NCBI GenBank assembly: GCA_050997075.1
Contig: JBPCRH010000039.1
Coordinates: 1 to 30,023 of the forward strand
Reading direction: 5' to 3'
Source: Chthoniobacterales bacterium
GTDB taxonomy: Bacteria > Verrucomicrobiota > Verrucomicrobiia > Chthoniobacterales > UBA10450
Length of the DNA stretch: 30,023 nucleotides
Position 1 is the stretch's first letter; each line of letters starts with the position of its first letter. The position numbers and the translations under genes were made by a program. Below the pieces are notes generated by a model. It ran no database searches. It had not been told where the DNA came from and worked only from the letters and a program-made list of their open reading frames with translations. This document shows positions 1 through 7,254 of the stretch, piece by piece.

Positions 1-172
1 GCCTGGCCTCGCGGGTAGCGCCCGCGTTCTGTGGGCTGGTCGCGGCCTTCTGCCGCGAAAAACTTTCCGAACGGCTTCCCCGTCCCGAGAAGGCCAACCG
101 GTAAGAAAAGTTCGCGACGGTGGAACACCTTCGCCAGCCCACGGAACGTGGGCGCTACCCGAGAGGCCGGGC
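1..172. repeat. REPIN-like inverted doublet of a GTAG-type REP (family A, core CCCACG-TTC-CGTGGG); may extend beyond the window start
   Basis: 1-39 and 134-172 are 39-bp inverted arms with 4 mismatches (3 are G-U compatible). Each arm has GTAG followed by a short hairpin. An internal stem GGCCTTCT/AGAAGGCC lies at 45-52/88-95. Confidence 0.8.
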
Positions 173-184
173 ACGGCTCCTTCG

Positions 185-973
185 TTAGGCGCGCGCTTCT
201 TCGCTCGAATACACGGCCGGGTCCTGCTGAAAGAAGCGCTGCATCTCGCCGTAAAGCTTGGGATGCAGACGCCGGAGTGCGTGCGGCTGCTCGAAAAACG
301 CTTCCGTCGTGACCGCGAAAAACTCCACGGGATTGGTCGCGCCGTAGGTGTCGAGCAAGGTCGGCATCCCCGTTTCATCGGAGGCCCGGAGGAGGGAAAA
401 TTCCGTGCGCATGACTATCGACCACGCGCGCACGTCATCGCGCGACGCGAGCGCGGGCACGCCGTCGGCCGCGAAATCTTCGAAGTCGAGCTGATGCGCA
501 AACTCGTGGATGACGAGATTTTTCCCATCGGCCGGATCGTGGCCGCCTTCCTTCGCGGCGTCCCAGGCGAGGACGAGCGAGCCCATCTGCCGCTGGGTTT
601 CGCCGAGGCGGCCGGAGTGACCTTCCGACCAGATCGCGCCGGAGAAGGGCTGATTTTCTTTCACCAAATAGCCGCTCGGATAAACCAGGATCGTGAGGAG
701 CCGCGGGAAGTAGTTCGTCTTGCGATGGAGGAGGAGCAGGCAGGCCTGGGTCGCGATCGTGACCCGCATCTCGTCGGTCACTTCGAGGCCGGCGCAGCCT
801 TCGAGGCGTTTCTCCGCGAGGAAGACCTGGAGATGACCGAGCAACTCGCGTTGATCGGGGGCCGGGAGGCGGTGAAAAAACGGGAGGTTGCGCGCGATGA
901 TTTGCTGCCACGCCGGTGGCACCGGCTCCTTGCGCAAGCGCCGCCGCCGCCGTTCCCGTCCGAGTCCGAACAT
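185..973 (-). CDS. Zinc-dependent peptidase, M90/MtfA family
   Basis: HEFAHQLD (HExxH), YGATNPVEFFAVTTEAFFE and ILVYP motifs typical of MtfA-like proteins. Start placed at ATG 973 (MFGLGRERRR); the ORF-track extension to 1111 runs into a REP element. Confidence 0.9.
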   Translation of the reverse strand: MFGLGRERRRRRLRKEPVPPAWQQIIARNLPFFHRLPAPDQRELLGHLQVFLAEKRLEGCAGLEVTDEMRVTIATQACLLLLHRKTNYFPRLLTILVYPSGYLVKENQPFSGAIWSEGHSGRLGETQRQMGSLVLAWDAAKEGGHDPADGKNLVIHEFAHQLDFEDFAADGVPALASRDDVRAWSIVMRTEFSLLRASDETGMPTLLDTYGATNPVEFFAVTTEAFFEQPHALRRLHPKLYGEMQRFFQQDPAVYSSEEARA

Positions 974-1023
974 AAGGCCGGAAGGTAGCGACGGAACCCG
1001 AGGCGCGCCAACCGCAGGTAGTT

Positions 1024-1140
1024 GTAGAGGCGGCCGTGTCGGCCGCAGAGCGAAGGCTTGCCCCCTGCCATGGGTCGGAAACAGGCGCGCTCCCCGACCA
1101 CTACGCGCCAACTAACTACGGGCGACACGCCCACCGCTAC
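1024..1140. repeat. REPIN-like doublet, GTAG-type REP family B
   Basis: GTAGAG-GCGGCCG-TGT-CGGCCGC at 1024-1046. The inverted partner reads GTAGCGG-TGGGCG-TGT-CGCCCG on the minus strand (1120-1140). Confidence 0.7.
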
Positions 1141-1182
1141 ACCGGCTTTCCGGGGCGGCAATAAATCTCGCGAATGACTCCG

Positions 1183-1307
1183 GTTGTCATACCGAGTCGC
1201 GCAGACGACGAGGGATCTCGCAGGCGCCTTTCGGCGTCGTTCCAGAAATCGCGTCGGGCAACGCTTGTGCGATCCCTCTCCGTGCTGCGGAGGATCGGGA
1301 TGACAAC
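1183..1307. repeat. Long palindromic repeat, family E (GTCATCCCGAG...GGATC / GATCC...CTCGGGATGAC), copy 1, degenerate
   Basis: Terminal arms GTTGTCATACCGA...GAGGGATCTC and GCGATCCCTC...TCGGGATGACAAC. Homologous to the copies at 5974 and 27805. Confidence 0.75.
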
Positions 1308-1319
1308 GACCGCTTCGCG

Positions 1320-1751
1320 TCAGCGCTGATCGAACACGTAGATCGCGAGACCGTGCGCGCCGGTTTTCACGAGGGGCGCGGCGCCGCTCGCTTCGCCGTT
1401 GACCGCGCTGTTCCGTGGGTAACCGCCGCCACCAAAACCGAGACCGATCGAGCCGCTCGGCTCATCGCCGACGAGACTGAGCAAGACGCCGTTCGCGCCG
1501 ACTTTCGCGGCTTCTTCTCTCAAGCGCTGGATCGCTTCCGCATCGGTCTGCTGATCGCCATGGAAGAAGTGCGCGCTCGTGCTCGCGTCGATCTGCGCGA
1601 TCTCCTGGAAATGCGCCGGGCGCGTCTGATAGATGCGCACCTGCGCCGGATCGATCAGCGGTCGCGCCGGACCGACCAGGTGCGTGGAACTGCTCGCGCA
1701 ACCGGCGAGAAAAAGGGCACCTACGAGAGCGGCCGAAGGGAAATATCTCAT
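1320..1751 (-). CDS. Putative lipoprotein with a YbjQ/heavy-metal-binding-like small domain
   Basis: Signal peptide with lipobox LAGC; segment AIQRLREEAAKVGANGVLL is typical of this fold. ATG 1751 is preceded by a purine-rich AAAGAAG. Confidence 0.7.
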   Translation of the reverse strand: MRYFPSAALVGALFLAGCASSSTHLVGPARPLIDPAQVRIYQTRPAHFQEIAQIDASTSAHFFHGDQQTDAEAIQRLREEAAKVGANGVLLSLVGDEPSGSIGLGFGGGGYPRNSAVNGEASGAAPLVKTGAHGLAIYVFDQR

Positions 1752-1801
1752 CACTTCTTTAACGCTTCTCGGGAGCAGCGCGGTCGCCCGCATGCAGCCC
1801 G

Positions 1802-2335
1802 TCACGACAAGTGTTTCTCCACGAGCTTGTGAAGGCTGGTCAGGTTGCGCATCGAAGAGCTGGGAAGTTTTAGTGCCTTCAACTCCGGCGACGTCCAGAC
1901 TTTTGATTCGGAAGTGCGCACACGGCAGAGCCAGTAATACTCGCGGCCGCGGACGCGAAACGCATCCTCCGCAGTGCGCACGGCCTCGAGCATTCGCGCA
2001 ACTGCGACCGGGAGTTTTTCATGCAGAAATCCTACGTGCACGGTGTCGCCGGCCTTCGTGGGAAACGCCGCGAAGCGGTCGATCGCAACCACCTCGTCCG
2101 CGGTCCGGACGAACGTGTCGACCTTGTAGCCTAACGACTCCTCCAAATGCCGCGCGATCTTCGTTTCGAGCTGGCCTGTCTCTGTCGCCTTGCTCGCGAA
2201 GAGGACGTTCCCGCTCGCGATAAAAGTTGCGACCTCCGTGAAGCCCAGCTCTGCAAAAAGCTCGCGCAACCGACTCATCGGCGGGCGCCGGCGGCCGAGA
2301 TTTATCCCGCGCAGGAAGGCGACATATTTCTGCAT
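1802..2335 (-). CDS. DUF1697 domain-containing protein
   Basis: YVAFLRGINLG, VATFIASGNVLF and C-terminal S(M)RNLTSLHKL motifs. Start at ATG 2335. Confidence 0.9.
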   Translation of the reverse strand: MQKYVAFLRGINLGRRRPPMSRLRELFAELGFTEVATFIASGNVLFASKATETGQLETKIARHLEESLGYKVDTFVRTADEVVAIDRFAAFPTKAGDTVHVGFLHEKLPVAVARMLEAVRTAEDAFRVRGREYYWLCRVRTSESKVWTSPELKALKLPSSSMRNLTSLHKLVEKHLS

Positions 2336-2465
2336 GGCGTGAGCTTTCCTTTCACCCGCGTTCACGTCGAGACCACTCTGGGGCGAGGCGCGTGGGGTCA
2401 ACTATTCATTTGCCACCGCCGTGGCGACACCGACATATTGCCCGCTCGCCGCACGGCGTTTTCCT

Positions 2466-2936
2466 ATGGCTGCAAAGACTCCCGAGACTACTTCCCAAAT
2501 CAACGGCCCGCTGGTGAAGCAGTTTTCCGTTTTCCTGCCGAACAAAGTGGGCGCGATGCTCGACATCGTGAAACTCCTGAGCTCTCGCAACACCCACGTG
2601 GTCGCGCTCAGCATCGCCGAGCAGACCGATTCCGCGATTGCCCGCATCGTCGTGAGCGATCCCGAGACGGTGGAGAATATCTTCCACGAACACGACGTCG
2701 CCTTCAGCGTCTGTGAGCTCCTCGTGGTGGAAATGGCGGAGGTCGCGACCGAACTGGCGGAGTTGCTGGCGGCGCTCCTCATGGCGGAGGTGAACATGCA
2801 TTTCAGCTACCCGCTCCTCACCAGGCCGCACGGTCTCGCCGCGCTCGCACTCCATGTCGACGACACCGAATGTGCCGCTTCAGTCCTGCACGGCGAAGGC
2901 TTCAAGATGTTGAGCCAGGCGGATATCTCTCGTTAG
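2466..2936 (+). CDS. Tandem ACT-domain protein (amino-acid-binding regulatory type)
   Basis: [22 protein letters not shown] ... ARIVVSDP and a second ACT repeat ([15 protein letters not shown]). Start at ATG 2466. Confidence 0.8.
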   Translation: MAAKTPETTSQINGPLVKQFSVFLPNKVGAMLDIVKLLSSRNTHVVALSIAEQTDSAIARIVVSDPETVENIFHEHDVAFSVCELLVVEMAEVATELAELLAALLMAEVNMHFSYPLLTRPHGLAALALHVDDTECAASVLHGEGFKMLSQADISR

Positions 2937-2963
2937 GCCAGCGCTCACCTGGAGAAACTCACC

Positions 2964-3044
2964 TGGAGGGACGAGCTCCCGCGAGCGTTGGGAACGCCCC
3001 GTTGCCCAATTCGCGCCCACGGCGTCGCGGAGCTCCGCCCTCCA
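2964..3044. repeat. REPIN-like doublet, GGAG-type REP family D (TGGAGGGACGAGCTCC)
   Basis: TGGAGGGACGAGCTCCCGCG at 2964 and inverted CGCGGAGCTCCGCCCTCCA ending at 3044. Overlaps/follows the direct repeat CTCACCTGGAG x2 (2944, 2958). Confidence 0.65.
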
Positions 3045-3123
3045 CATCCGAGCCGCGCTTTGCCTCTCTCAGCGGCGAAAATCCGTTGCCCCAGCGCAGG
3101 CGGAAGGGAATGTTACCGGCCCG

Positions 3124-4302
3124 ATGATCGTCCAAGCGCCGGAAGCTTTTCAATTCGATACGATCGACGACGTCCTCCACGATCTCGCCGCCGGGAAGAT
3201 GGTGATCGTGACCGACGACGCCGATCGCGAGAATGAAGGCGACCTCATCATGGCCGCGGAAAAAGCGACGCCGCAGGCGATCAATTTTATGACCATGCAC
3301 GGGCGCGGACTCATCTGCGTGCCGGTGACGACGGAACGCGCCGAGCAGCTCGGTCTCCAGCGGATGGTCGCGCAAAACCGCGAGATGTATCGGACCGATT
3401 TTACGGTCTCGGTCGATGCCGCGCACGGGGTCACGACCGGGATCAGCGCGCACGATCGCGCCGCGACCATCCGGACGATCGCGAACCCGAAGTCGACCCC
3501 GGACGATCTCGTCCAGCCCGGTCATATTTTCCCGCTCCGGGCCAAGGAAGGTGGCGTCCTCCGCCGCGCCGGGCACACCGAGGCTGCGGTTGATCTCGCG
3601 CGGCTCGCCGGACTCCAGCCCGCCGGGGTGCTCTGCGAAATTCTGCACGACGACGGCACGATGGCGCGGCTCCCCGAACTCATGGTTTTCCGCCGAAAAC
3701 ACCGGCTGCGCATCTGCACGATCCAGAATTTGATCGCCCACCGGCGGGTGCGGGAGAAGCTGATCGTGCGCGAACAGGTGGTAAAGTTACCGACCGATTA
3801 CGGCGATTTCGATTTGCATATGTACCGCTCCACGATCGACGGCGCGCATCATCTCGCGCTCGTGAAAGGGAAAATCTCGAAGACCAAACCGACCCTCGTG
3901 CGCGTGCACAGCGAGTGCCTCACCGGCGATGTCTTTGGCTCGCGCCGCTGCGATTGCGGGAACCAACTCCACGCCGCGCTCCAGCAGATCAGTGAAGCCG
4001 GCGGCGTCCTCGTTTACATGCGCCAGGAAGGGCGCGGCATCGGGCTTGCCGCGAAGATCCACGCCTACAAACTTCAGGAGGACGAAGGCCTCGACACGGT
4101 CGAGGCGAACGTGCGCCTCGGCTTCGCCAGCGACCTCCGCGACTACGGCATCGGCGCGCAAATTTTGCACGATCTCGGGGTCCGCAAATTTCGTTTCCTC
4201 ACGAACAACCCGAAGAAGGTAGTCGGGCTCGAAGGTTACGGCATCCAGATGGTCGAACAGGTGCCGATCCGGAGTGCGCCGAATCCGAACAGCGCCAAGT
4301 AG
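3124..4302 (+). CDS. ribBA: Bifunctional 3,4-dihydroxy-2-butanone-4-phosphate synthase / GTP cyclohydrolase II; premature TAG at 4300-4302, conserved tail continues to TAA 4339-4341
   Basis: [51 protein letters not shown] and TNNPKK motifs. Past the TAG the frame reads LETKNLKRGHLL. Confidence 0.97.
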   Translation: MIVQAPEAFQFDTIDDVLHDLAAGKMVIVTDDADRENEGDLIMAAEKATPQAINFMTMHGRGLICVPVTTERAEQLGLQRMVAQNREMYRTDFTVSVDAAHGVTTGISAHDRAATIRTIANPKSTPDDLVQPGHIFPLRAKEGGVLRRAGHTEAAVDLARLAGLQPAGVLCEILHDDGTMARLPELMVFRRKHRLRICTIQNLIAHRRVREKLIVREQVVKLPTDYGDFDLHMYRSTIDGAHHLALVKGKISKTKPTLVRVHSECLTGDVFGSRRCDCGNQLHAALQQISEAGGVLVYMRQEGRGIGLAAKIHAYKLQEDEGLDTVEANVRLGFASDLRDYGIGAQILHDLGVRKFRFLTNNPKKVVGLEGYGIQMVEQVPIRSAPNPNSAK

Positions 4303-4340
4303 CTCGAAACGAAGAACCTCAAGAGGGGGCACCTGCTGTA

Positions 4341-4472
4341 AAATGACGAAACCAGAAACCCGAAATCCGAAACAATGACGAAGGCACAAATGACGAAAGA
4401 CGCCGCAAGCTGCCGTTTCGGATTTCGTCATTCGTCATTATTTCGTGCTTCGGATTTCGGATTTCGTCATTT
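4341..4472. repeat. Imperfect inverted array of heptamers (AATGACG/CGAAATC versus CGTCATT/GATTTCG)
   Basis: AAATGACGAAA (4341) pairs with TTTCGTCATTT (4462). Several AATGACGA and CCGAAA units are mirrored by TTCGGAT and TCGTCAT units. Confidence 0.8.
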
Positions 4473-4478
4473 CCCCTA

Positions 4479-4952
4479 ATGTCGCAATTCGTCCCACCGC
4501 GGCCCCGGATCGTCAGCGTGAAGCGCGGCTTCACCCTCGTCGCGAGCCAGTTCAACGCGAAATATGTGCAGGGCCTCGTGACCCATTGCACCGAGGAACT
4601 GCGCACGCTTTCGCCGCAGGCGAACGTGACCTTGCACCTCGTGCCGGGCGCATTTGAAATCCCCTTCGTCGTCCGGGAAGTCGCGCTCAAGCGAACGGCC
4701 GACGCAATTATTGCGCTTGGCGTGATCATTGACGGCGACACCGACCACGCGCGCCTCCTCGGCGAAGTCGTGACCCGGGCGCTCCAGCAGGTCGCGCTCG
4801 AAGAGGGCGTGCCCGTCATTCACGCGGTCCAGAGTTTGAAAAACGAAGAGCAGGCGCGCGAGCGTTGCCTCGAGCAACGGATCAACCGCGGGACGGAAGC
4901 CGCGCGGGCCGCCTTCGAGATGGCCAACCTCGTCGCCGAGCTCCGGAAATAG
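4479..4952 (+). CDS. ribH: 6,7-dimethyl-8-ribityllumazine synthase
   Basis: ASQFN, VPGAFEIP, DAIIALGVII and EQARER..NRGTEAA motifs; directly downstream of ribBA. Confidence 0.95.
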   Translation: MSQFVPPRPRIVSVKRGFTLVASQFNAKYVQGLVTHCTEELRTLSPQANVTLHLVPGAFEIPFVVREVALKRTADAIIALGVIIDGDTDHARLLGEVVTRALQQVALEEGVPVIHAVQSLKNEEQARERCLEQRINRGTEAARAAFEMANLVAELRK

Positions 4953-4953
4953 C

Positions 4954-5379
4954 ATGGGCAAGCGTCACTCGGCGCGGCGCGCGGCGCTGCAATATCATTT
5001 CTGGCGCGACCTCCATGGCGGCGACAGCCCGGAATCGCTCGCGGAATTCTGGGAGCTTTGTCCGGCAAAAACCAGTGTCCAGGATTTCGCCCAGCCGCTG
5101 ATCGAAGGGATGCTCCTGCACCTGCCGGAGATCGACGAGCGAATCGCGCGTTACTGCGAGAACTTCGAGTTTCGCCGCATCGCCGCGGTCGATCGCAACG
5201 TCCTCCGGCTCGGGATTTACGAGATGTTTTACCGCGACGACATCCCGCCGGTGGTCTCGATCAACGAAGCGATCGAGCTCGCGAAGGAATTTGGCGGGCC
5301 CGATTCGGGCCGGTTCGTCAACGGCATCCTCGACCGGGTGAAAGACGACCTCTCACGCCCGCTGCGCGACGCACTGTAG
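4954..5379 (+). CDS. nusB: Transcription antitermination factor NusB
   Basis: RHSARRAALQ, RIAAVDRNVLRLGIYEM and INEAIELAKEFGGPDSGRFVNGILD; canonical ribH-nusB order. Confidence 0.97.
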   Translation: MGKRHSARRAALQYHFWRDLHGGDSPESLAEFWELCPAKTSVQDFAQPLIEGMLLHLPEIDERIARYCENFEFRRIAAVDRNVLRLGIYEMFYRDDIPPVVSINEAIELAKEFGGPDSGRFVNGILDRVKDDLSRPLRDAL

Positions 5380-5399
5380 ACGCTTCGCTCTGCGAAGCG
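5374..5399 (+). repeat. GTAG-type REP family C, single copy (CTGTAGACGCTTCGCTCTGCGAAGCG)
   Basis: Identical to 24238-24263. Hairpin CGCTTCGC-TCT-GCGAAGCG; its TAG is the nusB stop codon. Confidence 0.85.
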
Positions 5400-5426
5400 C
5401 GGGCGCGGCCCGCCTCAGAATCTTTA

Positions 5427-5494
5427 ACTTACACTTACACTCTTCTCAGTGGTGTAAGTGAAAGTGAAAGTGTAGGTGCAGGTATGAGTAGAGT
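5427..5494. repeat. Degenerate inverted hexamer array (ACTTAC)n / (GTAAGT, GAAAGT, GTAGGT)n between convergent genes
   Basis: ACTTACACTTACAC at 5427-5440 is mirrored by GTGTAAGTGAAAGTGAAAGTGTAGGTGCAGGT from 5452. Confidence 0.7.
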
Positions 5495-5496
5495 GG

Positions 5497-6741
5497 CTAA
5501 GTCGCATCGACCCTCAGCCTCATTTGCACGCTCAACCCTTCGCGCGGAAGCGGCGGCGAAAAAACCGGCGGATAAAGCTGCGGATCCATCCCCGTAACCT
5601 GGAGGCGAAACGGCTCCGCGCTCAGGCGCACACAATCGCCACCTAACGACAACTCGTCCAGCTTCAGGCCGCGCCCGTCGGCCGCGATCTCGGCAATTTC
5701 GACCACGGTGAGGGCACTAAAAAAATCAATCCGCAGGTGACGCACCGGCTCGTCCGCCGGAAGCGGGATGACCACTTCCTTCCAGCTCCCGTGTCCGATC
5801 CGGGCATCGACCGATTGCGTTTCCGAGAAGTTTCCATCCGTCGACCAGAAAACCTGGAGCACGGTCTCGCTCGCCATCGGCGCGCGGCGAACGCTCCCAT
5901 CGCGCCATTGCCGCGCCATCATCTCCTGCAAGGCGCCGTGGCGCTGCCGATAATAAAAGCGCAAACCATCACGGTCATCCGGAGCGGAGCGCAGCGCAGT
6001 CGAAGGATCCCGGGGAGTCGCCGTGAGGCTCCCAGCGCCCGTGCGGTCGCTTCCCAGAAACTCAGCGGGATCCCTCGACTCCGCTCCGCTTCGCTCGGGA
6101 TGACCGAGTAACGTCTCCAGGAGCGCCGATTGCGCGCGCGCCGGCGGCTTTTCCCACACCCCGAGTCCCGGCGGAGTCGCGAAGGTAAAAGAGCGTCCGC
6201 GCGTCGCGAGTTCCTCCCACACTTTCCAAACGCCAAACCCTCGCCCACGCACCGCCACATCGTGGAGTAGAAGAATCCCACCCGGGCGCAGCTTCGGCAG
6301 CCATGACTCGACGTCGTGCCGCGCCGCCTCTTCCGTGTGATGACCGTCGACGTGCAGCAGATCAACGCTCTCCCGCGCGAACCGGCTGAGCGCGTCATCG
6401 AAGCTCGACCGCAGCAAAGTCGAGAAGGCCGCGTAGTGAACCCGATTATGTTCACTCACGTCCTGGTAAGTCGCTTCGTCATAAGATCCGGCGTGCGAAT
6501 CACCCAGCCAATGATCGACCGCGAAACACCTGGTGCCGGTCTGGTTTTCGCAGACCGACTGACAGAAGGCAAAATAACTTTCCCCGCGATCGGTGCCTAA
6601 CTCCACGAACACTTCGGGGCGCAACTGCGCGACCAGGTCGTAGGCGAAGAAGATATGTTCCGTCCACGCGCCCAAGCCATAGCGCAACGGCTCGAAATCG
6701 TGCGAAGGATAACTCGGGAGGCAACGCTCAAGGGGCGGCAT
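5497..6741 (-). CDS. Class I SAM-dependent methyltransferase (Methyltransf_24-like) with an in-frame palindromic insert and a C-terminal beta-sandwich domain
   Basis: FVELGTDRGES, CFAVDHWLGD, VDLLHVDGHHT and GGILLLHDV motifs. ATG 6741 is preceded by GGAGGAGG. Confidence 0.9.
   Translation of the reverse strand: MPPLERCLPSYPSHDFEPLRYGLGAWTEHIFFAYDLVAQLRPEVFVELGTDRGESYFAFCQSVCENQTGTRCFAVDHWLGDSHAGSYDEATYQDVSEHNRVHYAAFSTLLRSSFDDALSRFARESVDLLHVDGHHTEEAARHDVESWLPKLRPGGILLLHDVAVRGRGFGVWKVWEELATRGRSFTFATPPGLGVWEKPPARAQSALLETLLGHPERSGAESRDPAEFLGSDRTGAGSLTATPRDPSTALRSAPDDRDGLRFYYRQRHGALQEMMARQWRDGSVRRAPMASETVLQVFWSTDGNFSETQSVDARIGHGSWKEVVIPLPADEPVRHLRIDFFSALTVVEIAEIAADGRGLKLDELSLGGDCVRLSAEPFRLQVTGMDPQLYPPVFSPPLPREGLSVQMRLRVDAT
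5974..6105. repeat. Family E palindromic repeat, copy 2, inside the methyltransferase CDS (132 bp = 44 codons)
   Basis: GTCATCCGGAGCGGAGCGCAGCGCAGTCGAAGGATCCC ... GGGATCCCTCGACTCCGCTCCGCTTCGCTCGGGATGACC. Translated as GHPERSGAESRDP...RDPSTALRSAPDD. Confidence 0.92.
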
Positions 6742-7201
6742 GACTGGCAATCGTCCTCCTCCCCAAAGATGGCCAGAGAAACCGCCCCAGACGATTACTG
6801 CTCCGTTCGAGCAGGTGATAGCTGAGATAGGAAACGGCGAAAAGAAGCAGGAAAGCGACCGGGTAGGGTGGACAAATTCGCCAGAAACGGCGACAAAAAT
6901 CTTCTGGCCCGCAGCTCGCCGGCCTGGAGCGCGGAGGCGTGGATGCAAAAGCCGCTGATGATGAAGAAGAGCGAGACGCCCATCCACCCATAGCTAAGTG
7001 GGTAGAAAAACCAGAAGGCGCGACCGGGTGCAGAACTGAAATCGCGCACCAACCCCTTCCACTCCAGATGATCGGTCCCGAAACTGGCGCCATACCAGTG
7101 CAGCAATAACACGCCGAGAATGGCCAGGCCGCGCAGGACATCGATGCGGCATAAATGAATCGCCGGTCCCGCCCCCGGCTTCGCCTGTGCCTCGCTCCCA
7201 T
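6728..7201 (-). pseudogene. Acyltransferase-3 (OafA-like O-acyltransferase) remnant with frameshifts and a large internal deletion
   Basis: One frame gives RIDVLRGLAILGVLLLHW...GVSLFFIISGF. Another gives RRFWRICPPY joined directly to the family's C-terminal SYLSYHLLER. ATG 7201 is out of frame with the RID motif. Confidence 0.85.
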
Positions 7202-7254
7202 GGTCGCGCTACCTTCTCAAGTGGGGTCCGCCTGAGCGAGCCGCACGCTTCATC

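Noticed and set aside
2937-3123. FMN riboswitch upstream of ribBA
   Set aside because: No RFN-element conserved segments; the spacer is explained by a REP doublet.
4300-4302. Genome-wide TAG reassignment
   Set aside because: TAG terminates ribH, nusB, the ACT gene, the dioxygenase and wcaF at their expected ends.
6742-6987. ORF-track N-terminal extensions (methyltransferase to 6987, dioxygenase to 10089, GT to 16008, MtfA to 1111)
   Set aside because: They overlap neighbouring genes, pseudogenes or repeats. Internal ATGs with better RBS or overlap context mark the likely starts.
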